Shown one piece after another: positions 15,580 to 29,884 of a stretch of 64,000 bases of DNA. Position 1 is the first letter of the stretch; each line of letters opens with the position of its first letter. Position numbers and translations under genes: made by a program. The notes under the pieces were generated by a model. That model ran no database searches. It was given only the letters and a program-made list of their open reading frames with translations, and was not told where the DNA came from. This DNA is from Eledone cirrhosa (Eukaryota): the NCBI GenBank assembly GCA_964016885.1, contig OZ024742.1, forward strand, positions 255,254,001-255,318,000, read 5' to 3'.

Positions 15580-18500
15580 CATCATCATCATCATCACCAT
15601 TTTATGTCCGTTATTCCAGGCTAGCATGGGTTAGACAGGTTGTCCTGCTGTGGGCAGTAGCCAGTCGGCTGACCATGCCTTCCTCATACGGGAACTGATT
15701 CTGGCTTGATATCTACAGCTGGATGCCCTTCCTAACACCAACCTCATTTACAGTGAGTGCTGGGTGCATTTTTTCCGTGGCGCCAACACGTCCACTTTAC
15801 AGTGTGGGCTGGGTGCTTTTTGGACGTGGCACCTCCACGACCACTTTGCAGTGGGAGGGTGTGGAGGCATATTGTCTATATGCTTCAACTTCAGCTTGTA
15901 CACATGGGGGGTCGGGTCTTCTGTATTACTGCGTAACGCCAGAGGTCACGGTCGTGTGCCATCGCCTTTGAGAGGTGTAATTGGGTAAGGTCGGCTTTTA
16001 TCACCTCATCCCAGGTCTTCTTGGGTCTCCCCACTCCGCGGTTTCAATTGACTTCTAGTGCACCTTTTTATGCAGCTGTCATCCTTCATACGCATCACAT
16101 GTCCATACCAGCGCAACCACCCCTCCTGCACACAGCATTTGATTCCTCTTATGCTCAGTCTCTCTCTCAATTATTTTATGCTTTGCAGTTCGCGTATATT
16201 ACTATTAGACATCCATCGGAGCATGCAAGCTTCGTTTCTTTCTAATCTGCGCCAGTTTACTACACACAGCGCCAGGTTTCACCACCATGTAACATTGGTG
16301 TTCGTATACACGCATCATGCAGTCTGCCTTTCATTTTGAGAGAAAAGCCTTTTGTAGCTAGCAGTGGCAGTGGCTCCCTGAACTTCTTCCATCCCGTTCT
16401 TAACATAATTATTGTACTTTCCGAACACCCACCTCCGCTGCTAATTTGGTCACCTAGATAGCAGAAGCTGTCTACTGTTTCTACAGAGCCCTCCCAGAGT
16501 TTGGTGGTATTTGTTTCCGGTGGCTGTCCCAGCACAGCTGCTACATGCGAAGCCTACATCCTTAGTTAAGCTCCCTGAGATCCCACTACATCTCTTGTGT
16601 ACCCATTATTTGCATTTGGGGCAGAGAATGGAGTTCCTACCTACACCTTTTCGACATACTGAGCAAGGCCATTTCCCTGAGATGATCTGGGTTCTGTTTT
16701 CTCGTCTACTTACAAGGACCTCAGTCTTTGTCAGGTTGACTTTGAGACCCTTTCTTTCTAGTCACTGCTTCCATGTTTGAAATTTCTTCTTTAGTTCTAC
16801 CATAGATTCAGCTAAAAGTGCGAGGTCATCTGCATACAGGAGTTCCCATGGGCATCCGGTCTTAAACTTTTCCGTTATTACCTGCAAAAATATGATGAAC
16901 AGGAGAGGGCTAAGAAGAGAGCCCTGGTGGACACCGACCTGTATGCTAAATTCCTCGCTATAGTCATTGCTAACTCTAACTTTGCTGACTGCTCCCCTAT
17001 ACATGGTTTGTACAGCTTTCACAAGCCATTCATCTACTCCTAGTTTTCTAAGAGCCCACCAGATTATAGCAGGGGTAACTCTGTCAAAGGCTTTCTCTAG
17101 ATCGAGGAATGCCAGGTAGAGCGGCTTTCTTTTAGCTAGGTACTTTTCCTGTAACTGCCTCACAAGGAAGAAGGCATCAGTGGTGCCTCTTCCTGGTACA
17201 AACCAAAATTGCATCTCATCTAGTTTCAGCCGGTCCCTAATCAACTGTGCTATAACTCTTTCTGTTACTTTCATGACCTCGTCCATCAGCTTTATACCTC
17301 TATAGTTTCCTCTATCTAGTGCATCACCTTTACCCTTTTAACAGTTGACAATGATGCTGATGCACCAATCCTTTGGTATGACACCTTCTAGTATTACCTG
17401 GTTAACAATACGTGTGGTTATGGTGTGACCTACCGACCCAGATGCCTTCAGCATCTCGGCAGCTATACCCGATGGACCGGTTGCCTTCCCCGTCTTCATA
17501 TATTTGATTGTCTTACTTACTACGCTGCTGCTGACTTGTACTGCTAGCCCATCTATAGGGTCTACTTGGGGTAGGGTCTCTTTCCCATGCAATCTCCTCA
17601 TTTAGTAATCTTTCATAATGGCTCTTCCACGCATCTTTTTTTCTCAGCATTTGTGAGGGCAAGCTCACCTTTATCATTCCGGATACACTTCTCTCCAACG
17701 ACATCACAATTCTCTGTGACACACTGCCTCGCAATCTTGAACACCTCCTGTTTATTGTCCTCCCGTTGCAAATCATGCTTGAATTTTCTATCCCTCGCTT
17801 CCCACCTAGCTAAGTATACTTATCGCCTAGCTTCCCACCTGGTCTCTATGTAATGTACCCTGCTTCCCCCTTTCTTCCATTCTTTCCATGCCTGTCTCTT
17901 GGCCTTAACTGCCTCATCTACCTTATTGTTCCACCACCAAGTCACTCTCCTCCTGCCTGTGGTCTTACTCCAGCCACAGATATCATCCGTCGCCTTTAGT
18001 AAGTTATATTTTAGGAACTCCCAGTGCTCTTCTACATTGAATGTCTCTATCTGTTCTTCTTTTCTGTCATAGGCGCCGAGAAAAATATCTTTAAATCTGT
18101 TACTGGCTGAGGGGTCTTTCAGGTTCCAGATCTTTCTTCTCCAGGTTGGCTTCTGTTTCCAGGTTCGTCTAGTTCTGACTGTGAGGTCGTTGACGACTAA
18201 GTTATGTTGGGAGGTACATTTCTCATCAGGGAACGCTTTTGTGTTTACGACCGTCCATCTGTCACGTCCTCTGATGAGGATAAAATCTATCTGACGAGAA
18301 TGCTCCCCTGATCTATAGGTGATCAGTTGGTTGTCGGGTTTTTTGAAGTTTGTGTTACATATCGACGTGTCATTGGCGTCGCATAATTCTAGAAGCCTGA
18401 AGCCTTCTTCATTTCGTGTGCCAACCCCCATGGCCTCCATGGACTCTATAGAAGCCGTCACGGTGTTTAACCTACGTGTCCGTTAAAATCTCCTGCAATG

Positions 18501-19340
18501 ATTAGGAAGTCATTGTCGTTTGTTAGAGCAGTAGTGTGCATTAGGGACTCGTAAAAGCTATCTTTAAGTTCGTCTGGCAACCCCGATTGGGTTGCGTAAG
18601 CTGATATTATTGTGGTAATTGTTTGATTCAGGAGTTGTCTGACTTTAATTATTCTTGCATTCATCCTGTTCACTGAGATTACCTTATCTACCCATTTCTC
18701 AGCTAGTAGGATACCTACACCACCCATCCCATCGTCATTTCCCACCCAGAAAAATTTGTAGCACTGACTTTTGCCAACAAGAACTCTAGCACTCTCCATA
18801 TAGTCTCTTGCACACAGCATACATCAATTTCCTTTCGCTCTAGCACCTCTACGATTTCTCCTGCTCTTCCTTTCATTGTGCTTACATTCATGGTTCCAAC
18901 TCGGAGTTTTGGGCATTTGCCAACATTCGTGGGAAAGGGTAAATTTTGTCAGGGGTGTGTGTATGCTTCCTGTCTCTGAATTAAAGCTGCGCATGGGTGC
19001 TTGGTAACACGCGGATTCATGTTTATTTTCATTTATTAATTCGGGGTTGCTCCATTTATTCTCAGCTCATCCATACATAACGGTTAGAGAATTAAGGGCT
19101 AGAAGAACAGTGGTGGTGGTAATAATGGCAGGGTTTGTTGGGGCTGGGAAGGGCTAGGAGAGAGGTAGTAGTAGTAATGGCAGAGTTTGTTGGGGTTGGT
19201 AATGAGTGGGAGGGACATGCTGAGGTTTCATTGGTCGAATAGGCTATGGTCATGTGGGGGAGTGGGCGAGAGGGAAATTGTGAGATAGGTAGCCATCATG
19301 GCCTATAGCATCTCAGAAGATTTCGGCGAAATAAACCGAT
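15580..19340 (-). mobile_element. Near full-length RTE-clade LINE (APE endonuclease + RT), frameshifted
   Basis: APE motifs GVGILL, IAGDFNGHVG, QIDFIL; RT motifs FLDLEKAFD, GVHQGS.LSPLLF, LYADDL; C-terminal YLGDQI..GWKKF; (GAT)n tail at about 15580-15596. 5' end approximate. Confidence 0.93.
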
Positions 19341-19373
19341 ACGATAACCTATATTAGAGAATGCGAAATGTTA

Positions 19374-19503
<130 letters not shown>

Positions 19504-19604
19504 GTGTGGGGAATATTTGTGGATGTACACATATGTGCGTATATACGTATGTGTCCATGTCGATTTACATATATATGCGTGTGGTGTGTGTGTATGTGTA
19601 TGAA

Positions 19605-19697
<93 letters not shown>

Positions 19698-19700
<3 letters not shown>

Positions 19701-20690
19701 TAAATATATGACCCCAACGGCAGAGCTCAGCCATTTTCTACCCACCCGAGTCGTTAGGGGGTTTAAGGGCGAGGTAAGTCCTACCTAATCGGTGTTTGCA
19801 TGCAGTTACCAGTTCGTCTTTTTTGTTTAGGAGGGAGTTGGTCCTTCGTAAACAGCATTTGTAATGTTTCCTCCGAGCATAAGTTACACGGACGGCGTCT
19901 TCCCGTGTAGGAGTTAGCTCTGGACAGTAAGCTCCAAGTAAGATTGTATGTTATGTTATTATCTTGGAGATCCCAGATGTGGCCCGAAAATGTAGTGGCA
20001 TGTCGCCGGACCGGGTTTCGGAACGTATTCCGGTGTTAGTAAGAGCCGGGTCTTAAAGTCACGGTTAATCTTATATAAGCTTTGTTGGAGGTGTCCGTCC
20101 TCACGTTGCACTGGTAGATCACGTTACGTTCTCGGCATCTGTTGTTGAGGGGGCACGTAGATCTATCAGGGCAGTTACACCTCCTGGTCGGCTCTCCGCT
20201 AATGTCTAGGTTGTTTCTTCCATAGATGTTGAGTTTTTTGTTGTTTGAGGAGACGATGTTTTGTGCGAAGTTTGGTGTGGAGCTGTAGGAGAGTTTGATA
20301 GTGTTTTTGTTGATTATGTTGTGGTAGCCGTGTTTTGGTGGGAAGTGTTTTTCGAGGAGCCTAAAGAAGATTTTCCCGATAGGTGTTGCCACCTCGGCAT
20401 TGTGGGGAGGATTGAACCACGTTACGTGGCGTGAGCGGAGGCGTCACCTGCTGGTTCCGCTAAGGGAAGCTGGATAAAAGGATATTTCCTCCCAGAAGCT
20501 GCTTCGCTTGAGGGCCTGGTTGTAATGAGGCGCATGTTCGTCGAATATCTGCTCATTAACGGACAAACGAGATATGCGGAGGGAAATGTTTTTAACCAGA
20601 TTATTGGTGATGTTTCTGGGATGGTTAGAGCGGCGGTGGATGTAGTGCAGGTTTTCGTTTAGTTTCCTGTATGGGTAGTACAGATCACTT
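19698..20690 (-). mobile_element. Penelope-like element 3' fragment (RT thumb + GIY-YIG) with degenerate hammerhead end
   Basis: WFNPP, IGKIFFRLLEKHFP..TIKLSYS, CNC..CPL..C, NVIYQC, terminal ELVTACKHR; 3' half of an HHR next to the (TA)n tract. Confidence 0.85.
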
Positions 20691-21024
20691 CTTACTATCC
20701 AATTTTATATTTTTATATATCTTTCTCTTATTTTTTTATTGTCTCCTAATCTCACTTGATTTACCTATTCTATAACGTCCCTCCTCTATTTTCTCCAGAA
20801 CCCTTTTTCGCCTACTTCCTTTGGCCTACTTTCATACACAATCCTTAGAATGTGCTGTATAGATTTCACTTTCAACGCTTGACCGGCTCCACCCACTCCC
20901 TCATTGTTCTACAGGCAAGTACAGCCACCCCATCTCCCACCCAATGTCATGATAGACTTAATTGTATTTACAACAAATTTTGACTAATCCTCTTGACAAC
21001 TACAATCTTCCCATATAAGGAAGT

Positions 21025-21120
21025 ACCCCTTGAAAAGTTCGGCTATTTATTTACCAGGCTAAAAATTCTAATTTAGTCCAGAAATAGCCGTCGAAACGGC
21101 TTGAACTCTGCCGTCGGGGT
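21025..21120 (+). ncRNA. Type I hammerhead ribozyme with long stem II and stable stem III
   Basis: ACCCC-TTGAAAA-gttCGGCTATTT...AAATAGCCGtc-GAAA-CGGC(9 nt)GCCG-TC-GGGGT; GUC at 21113-21115. Confidence 0.88.
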
Positions 21121-21211
21121 CATACATTTTCCTATTACCCACTCTATTACTCTAAGTATTGAGTACTCTGGAGCGTTATGGTCTATCTGGTTCCTTACCA
21201 CAACTCCTTCG

Positions 21212-21296
<85 letters not shown>

Positions 21297-22428
21297 GGGA
21301 TATTGGTGGTATATGAGTATTAAATCTAGCAGTGAAAGGCAGGCCGACGACATCCCACGCATGAACAGGCACAACAGCTTGACCGGGTGAGAGACAGGCG
21401 TTACCTTCAGGATAGACTGATAATGATAATGAGATAATGAACCAATAGCGGACGTAGAATACCACGCTGTTAAAATGTGCTGTAGATAGCTAATAGCTAG
21501 AGATCTTCACGCATAGAATCGGAGACGAGATCACATAGGAAATATATATCTGACAATCTTTCGATTAGAGTCAGGTTCGATCTATAATAGGCCTTTCCTC
21601 GAGCTGATCGCTAGTGAAACATATGTAATATGTTATTAAATATGTTATGATGCAACACTGAATCCTTGTTCCTTTATTAAAACAGATGAGCAGTATAGTG
21701 AGTTTAACAAAAATATCAAACCATACATACTGGACATCAAATAAATATTTTACACACTCATAATGGTAACAGAACCCTGTTTTATCTTTGGAATGGTTAA
21801 GTTCAATGGTTAATTAGGATCTTCGAGAGAATAATATAGATATTTGATGTCTGGTATGTATCGTTTGATATATTTTTGTTAAACACATTTGTAATTATAT
21901 GTTCTAACAGAGACAGCTCGGAATTTATCCTTGAGCTTTTTTTGCAGCTGATATGGATAATATCTGTGATTTTCTCAGATGCAACATCTTTATTCATTTT
22001 AGTGATATAAATATGCTCCTGAATGGTTTGGTATTTTATTGTTGAATGGTTTGTTTTATTTTTTTTTTGTATGTGGGGGGGGTACTATTTCTAGCTATCC
22101 ATATACCTATTCATGTCACGTAGACAAAACTGAGACACAGTGTTTATTTTCGAGCCTCCCTGTGCATTTCAGCCAGTTTCTTAGATTTGTTTTAGAGGTG
22201 TAAGTTCATATAGTTAATTCTCTCTCGCTTATGTTCCTAATTAACCATTGAACTTAACTATTACAATGGTAAAACATGGTTCTGTAGCCACAAGGGAAAA
22301 ATATACAAGTGAAATAGTTATTTGATGTCCAGTATGTAGTGTATAATATACTGTTGTTAAGCTGCCTATACTGCTTATTTGTAATTAATATTTGATATAT
22401 TTCTATATATGCCATTTGCTTTCGAATT

Positions 22429-22469
<41 letters not shown>

Positions 22470-22666
22470 GTTTAAATTTGGTGGTTTACCAGAGGGTAGA
22501 ATTGGTCATTCTGCAATGTTAATCATAACGTAATATGAGAAAAGCACTCAACGTTATGCAACTCATTCATCTTCAATATCGAATCATGTTGGTGGTGCGA
22601 AAACGGAGCAAATGTATTATAAATTAAAATGACAGGAGGCCAAATATTTTGAATTTCCTTAATTTT

Positions 22667-22722
22667 GACCTGATGATGTCACTGGGTTCTTAAGCAACCT
22701 GGCCACTGAAATGTGCATAGTG
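22667..22722 (+). ncRNA. Degenerate hammerhead motif
   Basis: GAC-CTGATGA-[CTGGGTT..AACCTGG hairpin]-GAAA-TGTGCA-TA-GTG; stem I partly broken. Confidence 0.55.
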
Positions 22723-22780
22723 TTTACAGTAATAAAAAATTAAGGAAATTCAGCATATTTGGCCTTCTGTCATTTTACTT

Positions 22781-22824
<44 letters not shown>

Positions 22825-23019
22825 CCTGTTTAGCTTTCTTGACTGTTACTGAGGTATATGTGACATGTTCACAGAACAAAGTTAGAAAAATGATTTTTCT
22901 TAACTAAAATGTATTTTTTCTTTGATATTGAGGCTCCCATATTGAATGATATAACCATATAGTATATGCTTTTATAACCAGCTTTATTAATTTTAACACT
23001 ATCTAATTGCTACTGTATA

Positions 23020-23442
23020 GGCTCATGGCTTAGTGGTTAGAGCATTGGGCTTGCAATTGAAAGGTTGTGAGTTCAATACTCGGAACGGGTGATGTGTTGT
23101 TTCCTTGAGCAAGACACTTTATTTCACATTGCTCCAGTCTACTTAGGTGTAGAAATGAGACGATAGGACTGGGGTCCCTATCATTCCACTGCAAAGTAGC
23201 CGTGGAGGTGCCACGGCAAAAAAGCACCCAGCCCACACTGTAAAGTGGACGTGTAGGCGCCACAGAAAAAAAGCACCCAGCACACACTGTAAATGAGGTT
23301 GGTGTTAGGAAGGGCATCCAGCTGTAGAAATCAAGCCAGAATCAGTTCCCGTATGAGCAAGACAAGGTCAGCCGACAATCTGTCTAACCCATGCTAGCAT
23401 GGAAGAATGGATGTTAAACGGTGATAATGATGATGATGATGA

Positions 23443-23445
<3 letters not shown>
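23020..23445 (+). mobile_element. tRNA-derived SINE with RTE-derived 3' tail
   Basis: A box TGGCTTAGTGG, B box GTTCAATAC, central CCTTGAGCAAGACACTT; the 3' part matches the 3' end of the RTE at 15580-15850 and ends in (GAT)n. Confidence 0.9.
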
Positions 23446-23495
<50 letters not shown>

Positions 23496-23637
23496 CATAT
23501 ATTATATGGTTATATTCAATATAGGAGCCTCAATATCAAAGAAAAAATATATTTTAGTTAAGAAAAATCATTTTTCTAACTTGATTGTGTGAGCATGTCA
23601 CCTATACCTTAATAAAAGATAAGATACCTTAGAAAGA

Positions 23638-23680
23638 TAAACAGTGCTGTTTCAAGATTTGTTAATCCTTCATCAGTGAT
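23638..23680 (-). ncRNA. Degenerate hammerhead motif
   Basis: Minus strand: TCA-CTGATGA-AGGA(ttaacaaa)TCTT-GAAA-CAGCACTG-TT; stem I does not pair well. Confidence 0.55.
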
Positions 23681-23949
23681 ATTCACTCAAGTAGTATTGA
23701 GATGAAAATGGATTAACATCTATATAGATTTTGTGAGTCTCTTCAAATGTATTCTTCTTACGTAACATAAAATTCAGTTTTATAAGTAACTAAATCAAAG
23801 GAAATGTATCTAAGTAAGTTTTACAATAAGATATAAACAGTGACTTTTCTAGCAGTGACTATATGTGAAGAATAGCATTTTTAATGACAAGAAATAAAGC
23901 CCAGTAAAAATAACAGCAAAGTGACAAAGTAACAGCCTAAACAGAGGAA

Positions 23950-25400
23950 CATCATCATCATTTGCTTCTTGTGGAATCAAGATTTATGGGATTTTGAACA
24001 TCTAATGTAGAGAGGGTGACTGGAAGATTGGGAGCAGTAGTGGGGGCACTGAAAATAAAAGTGAACATATGATGTGAGCCAAGATGGAAGGGAAGTAATG
24101 TGAGAATAATAAGAGGAAGACAAGGTCAGAAGTATGGCACGAGTGTCAGGAAGGTGCACATGGTGTTGGTTTCTTGATATCTGTAGATTTTGCAGACATT
24201 CTGGTGAGTGTGACTAGAATAGGTGAATGGTTGATGATGGGGAAATTGGTGATAGGAAAATTCATGCTGAACGTCATCTTAAGCAATAGCACATTGGCAA
24301 CTCAGAGTGTTGAATAGAAAGATAAACTTTGGTGTGCAATAGAGATGACTGAAGACATGATAGACAAGGAAGTTATCATGATGAAAGATTATTTGAATGG
24401 AGATGTGGGAAGGAGTGTAAATGATTTCGAAGAAGTCCATGGAGTGTATGGTCATGGTTGAGCTGACATGTTAATCTATATCAGAGGTTCTCAAAGTGGG
24501 CAATACTGACCTCCCGGGGGGCATTGAGACGGTCCAGAGAGGTACTGGAACCTAAGGAGACAGTGTGGCTAGTGTAGAGATGATATAATAGTATATTAAA
24601 TATCAAATTATACATATTATATATAAATATAGTAAAATAAAAAACATATAATATTTATTTATACATAGTATAAATGGTTTGTGCCAGAAACAGGGATGAC
24701 CAATGAAATTTATATTGTGAGACAGTTACAGGAGAAATACAAGGACAAGAAGAAGAATTTGCTTTTGGGCTTTGACATATGCATTGAGGGAATTGGCAGT
24801 AGCGGAATGGTTGGTTAGAGTAAGACAAAGGATGAAAACAGTAACGAGGTTGAAGTGAATGTTGAAGTACAATAAGGATCAGTATTATACCCATTATTAT
24901 TCGTAGTTTTGCTGGCGGTATAGGCTTGAAGTTTAAAGGAGGGTTTACAGTGGGAGTTATATTACACAGATGCCCTGGTGTTAATGGCAGAGAATAGGGA
25001 TGTACTGAGAGAGAATATTAGGTGAACGGAATGCATGGAGGAGAAAGATATGAAGGTAGATATTGGAATGCTGAAGGAAGTGGCAAGTGGTAAAGCATTT
25101 GGTGAAGTGGAAAGAACAGGAAAATATCTCTACAATAGTAGTTATAGTAAGATGTACATGGAAAAAGTTCCAGAAACTGAGTGATGTGCTAAGAGAAAAT
25201 TGAGTTATGTGTTGAGAAGGAATAAAAGTGACTGAGGGAGGAGAGTGATGAACACGACAGCGGAAGTAAATAGAAGGGGAAGACCAAGAGAGATATGTGT
25301 AAAAATTATGAAGGATGAAATAAAAATCGGGTGAGGGTTGCAATTGTTAGGGCAAAGCGGAAAAGATTAATATGGAACCTGCAAAGATAACTCCTGCCTT
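23950..25400 (+). mobile_element. Old, heavily decayed RTE-like LINE, possibly interrupted by a hAT-type MITE end near 24482
   Basis: Purine-rich strand with degenerate endonuclease and RT motifs; CAGAGGTTCTCAAAGTGGG resembles a Charlie-type TIR. Confidence 0.5.
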
Positions 25401-26552
25401 AAAACACTTGTTGTTATTGCTGGGACATCACAATCAGCATTTTGCATGAAATATAGTGTCTTGCTCAAGGACACAATGCAACACCAGGAATCAAACTAAC
25501 AACTTTACAATAATGAGTTGAATACCCTAATCACTAATTCACATGTCTTCACAACAGATAGGTTGTGTGGATGACAGAGAGAATGAAAAGGAAAACCTAG
25601 TGAAATGGTTGAGTCATCTAGATCTAGAAAGATAGCAAAGAGACAGAAGAAATGTGACTGGTTGATATGAAATGTACAATATCTAAATATATAATGAGTT
25701 AAAGTGAGCATGTAAACGAATGCCAAAAATTGTTAAACATATTAAAATAAAATAATTGGACGTATTAAAACTGTTTGTCATTCAAATGTATTCATGAAAA
25801 TTAAGACCCAATGTGTGGCCTGGACAATCCTGGCTTCTGGTTTTCCTAACTCAGAATAATTAATGACTTATAATCATTAATATGTCTTCTGCTAACAGAT
25901 GCATATGAATTATAACGTAGTAATCACCCTTTGAGAATTAAGACTTGCAAACTTGAATAAAGATCTTGAAAAGTTTTAGACATTTGCGTTACTAATAAGA
26001 ACATTTCTGTTAGAAGTGAAAGCAATTACTAAGATAAAATTATTGATACAGAGAAAATTTCGATTTAAGAAATTAGTTTCATTTCCATGAAATATCTTTA
26101 AAAGTGAATGGTTGAGGTTAGGGACTTCGGTTTATGATTGTCATATCGTTTATTCAATTCCTGGTGGTGTAATGTATTCTTGAACATGGCTCTTGTAGAT
26201 TTAAAGAGTCAGCTTTGTCAGATATTGTTTCATGCACATATACAAAAGATATACAATATGGATTGCACTTATAAATCAAAGGGCTAGCCTTTTCACAGCC
26301 TTGTCATGATGAATGTCTGTGAGAACTATGTTAAGAGTATATGTCCGTAGTATGCTCAGCCACTAGTATGTTAATTTCATGAGCATTATTTTGTTGTCAA
26401 AGAACTGCAACACTTGTCATTTGAACCAACAGAGGTCTGCTAAATACTTATAATGCAATTTGTTAAAAAATTAAAGCAATTTGCCAAGGTGAAATTACTA
26501 ATAAAGACAAAATTTCAATTTGAGAATTCAATGACTTACATGAAATATTTAA

Positions 26553-26767
26553 CCCTTTAGCATTTGAACCAGCCATATACAGTCATAATTGTCTCACCTC
26601 TTTCTGTTCAAACTGGCTGTAACTGGCCACTCATTCTGATGTTAAGATATTGTTCTCAAAATAAATAATACCAAAATCTCATAGATTCAATATTACTTAA
26701 GATGGGAGGTAAAGTGTTTACTGTGAAAATACAATAGTAAATATAGTGTAATGTCAATGCTAAAGGG
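26553..26767. mobile_element. piggyBac-type MITE
   Basis: TTAA-CCCTTTAGCATT...AATGCTAAAGGG-TTAA: 12 bp TIRs with TTAA target duplication. Confidence 0.88.
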
Positions 26768-27379
26768 TTAAAGCATTCTCAAGATAACATCCTTGCTGTT
26801 GTGTTAGTTAAATAGATTCAAAATTTAACTGAAATAAGGGTTAGATTATCTAGAATGAAAAGTTGGCTTCTCTCGCTGAAAATTAATCTCTCTTGAGCCT
26901 CCAAACTAAATTCTTGCAAAGCATGTTAAGCTGATACTTTCTAAAGAGATGACATTTCAAATAAAGGGGAGGATAAACCATCTGGTATAAATTATAATCC
27001 AAATCTAATTTTCAAGAGCTAGGAATAGATTTTTATGTCAATCTGTATTTGTTCAACCTAGTGGGATTTATGTTAGTGAATTATTGGCAAAACTTTAACT
27101 CTTTCATTACCAGAGACACTGCCTATGATCTTCAAGTAAGTTTGAATTTCCATGATGATAAGTTCACTCATATTACAGTGACTCTGAAGCTTTGCAAATG
27201 CTATTGTGGAGCCATGGTTAACACGTTTGAACTACATTTGCTCTCTTGTTGCCACAGTCCAGGTCAGCTCATTTAGCACACTACATTGAATAACATCATA
27301 GGATCACAGGTAAACTATCTAAGAACCTAGACTTTATATGTGGCCAATGCTCAGGTGCAATAAGTAGCAAGTGTCCAAA

Positions 27380-28377
27380 GGATACTAGCTCCTTCCATTG
27401 CCCAGATGGTTCTATAGAAATAGTAGATACTTTCCGTTACCTGGGTGACGAAATCAGCAGTGGTGGAGGGTGTTCTGAAAGTACAGTAGCCAGAGTCAGA
27501 ACGGGATGGAAAAAGTTCAGAGAGCTTATACCGCTGTTGGCTACAAAAGGTTTCTCATTAAAAATGAAAGGCAGATTGTATGATGCCTGTATACGAACAC
27601 CAATGCTTCATGGCAGTGAGATATGGGCATTACGTGCAGAGTACCTGCGTAGACTGGAAAGGAATGAAGCATGGATGCTCCGTTGGATGTGTAATAGTAA
27701 TATACGTGAACGGCAAAGCATAAATGAACTAAGTGATAAATTAGGAATAAGCGGGATCAGATGCTGTTTACTTGTGAGAAGACTACGTTGGTATGGTCAC
27801 GTGATGCGCATTAAAGACGACAGCTGCATAAAAAAGTGCAGAGCAATCAAAATTGAAGGTAGTTACGGAGTAGGTAGACTAGAAAAACCTGGGATAATCT
27901 GATAAATTCCGACCTCACACACTTACATCTCTCTAAGACAATGTCTCTGGACCGAGACCTTTGGCGCTACGCAGTAATACGGAAGACCCGCCTTGCCTAT
28001 GTACAAAGCGAAACCTACAGTCAGTAGGCACCTCTTAACCAAATATACACCCCAATCTACTACTCCTACCCTATCCTCCCACTCCCACCAACAGCACGAG
28101 AAAATAAGATCGAGGTCGTGTAGGTGTCACGACAAAAAACACACACAGTCCACGCTGTAATGTGGCCGTGTAGATAACACGGTAAAAAGTTCCCAGTTCC
28201 ACACTGTAAATGTGGTTGGTGTTAGGAAGGGCATCCAACCGTAGAAAACCTCCCAGATAGTCCTATATGAGCGAGACACGTTCACCCGACCAGCCTTGCC
28301 TTAAGTGGGACAACTCTCGTCTAACCCATCCTAGCGTGGAAAACGGACGTTAAACGAAGATGATGATGATGATGATT
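27380..28377 (+). mobile_element. RTE LINE 3' fragment with tail
   Basis: ORF 27537-27902 ([21 protein letters not shown]), 3' UTR and (GAT)n tail. Confidence 0.9.
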
Positions 28378-28942
28378 GCACCCTATGCATTTAACCATTA
28401 AAATCTTCATTACATTCAAATAATTTTATATTTCTTTTATTTTTACTCAAACAATATGAAGAGATAGACACACACATGCATGAATGCACACAAGTGTACA
28501 CGTACACGCACACACACACATTGCACTATCATATACAGCTTGCTGGAGACATTCTTCATTATTTGTCAAATCACCAGTTTGGCCATTTTGGATTGGCTGT
28601 GCTCATTAGATTCTCTTTAAGAGAAAAATTCTATAAATGTGTTAATAATTAGGGATTAGGTATGTAGAAAGATGAGCATGAGGGACGTAATCATTTTGTT
28701 AAGGTCGTTTTGCATAAAACAATAGATACAAGGAGCTAATTTAAATGGTTTAGTATTGTAAGCAGTTAAGCACATAAACGCCTAGAGACAGAAAGAATGG
28801 AGAAAGCTGCCTGTGGTAATCAAACTAACATCTGCTGTATGATGGACCATACTGTGTTACCATTACCATTTCTCCATTCCGCAGTTCACAGTAATAATAA
28901 TATTAGCTCAAAGAAGAACAGAGAATTTTCCACTGCGCTCAA

Positions 28943-29268
<326 letters not shown>

Positions 29269-29304
29269 ATGTGAGAAAACCACAGACCCTCCATCTCAAC
29301 TCTA

Positions 29305-29340
29305 CTTTTGAAAAACAGAAGAACTGCGAAACCGGTAAAG
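29305..29340 (+). ncRNA. Minimal hammerhead, U3-A8 core
   Basis: CTT-TTGAAAA-aCAG(aagaa)CTGc-GAAA-CCGG-TA-AAG. Confidence 0.72.
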
Positions 29341-29589
29341 GAAGCAAATAAATATATATATATATTTTTTTTAAAAACTCCAATTGCATTTTCGATTTCA
29401 TCTTTTTTCCTTATACTTTCACTCATGTAGGACACCTCGGTTATTTTTCATTTTGTAAAAAACACCTCACTTTCTAATATATATATATATATATATAAAT
29501 GAAAAGTATAGAAATTATTGTAGCAAGAAGCCAACAGTATTCCATAATATATAAGTGACTATAGCGTCAAAATGGAAAAATAGTTAACG

Positions 29590-29652
<63 letters not shown>

Positions 29653-29809
29653 TAAAATAATGAATAAACAAAGAAACAGTTCCTTATATTAAAAAAAAAT
29701 TCATCATTTTACGATCGTTTCTAGGATATATATGTGTTAGAGTTGGTATGCATATTCTATAGATCTATGTACAATATTTGGACACTACCGAAAAGTTTTG
29801 GTAGATTTA

Positions 29810-29882
<73 letters not shown>

Positions 29883-29884
<2 letters not shown>

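Noticed and set aside
19230-19360. HDV-like ribozyme at the RTE 5' end
   Set aside because: I could not build the nested double pseudoknot by eye.
23020-23090. tRNA genes at SINE heads (also 42272-42330)
   Set aside because: A/B boxes are present but there is no complete cloverleaf; the 23020 copy continues into a SINE body.
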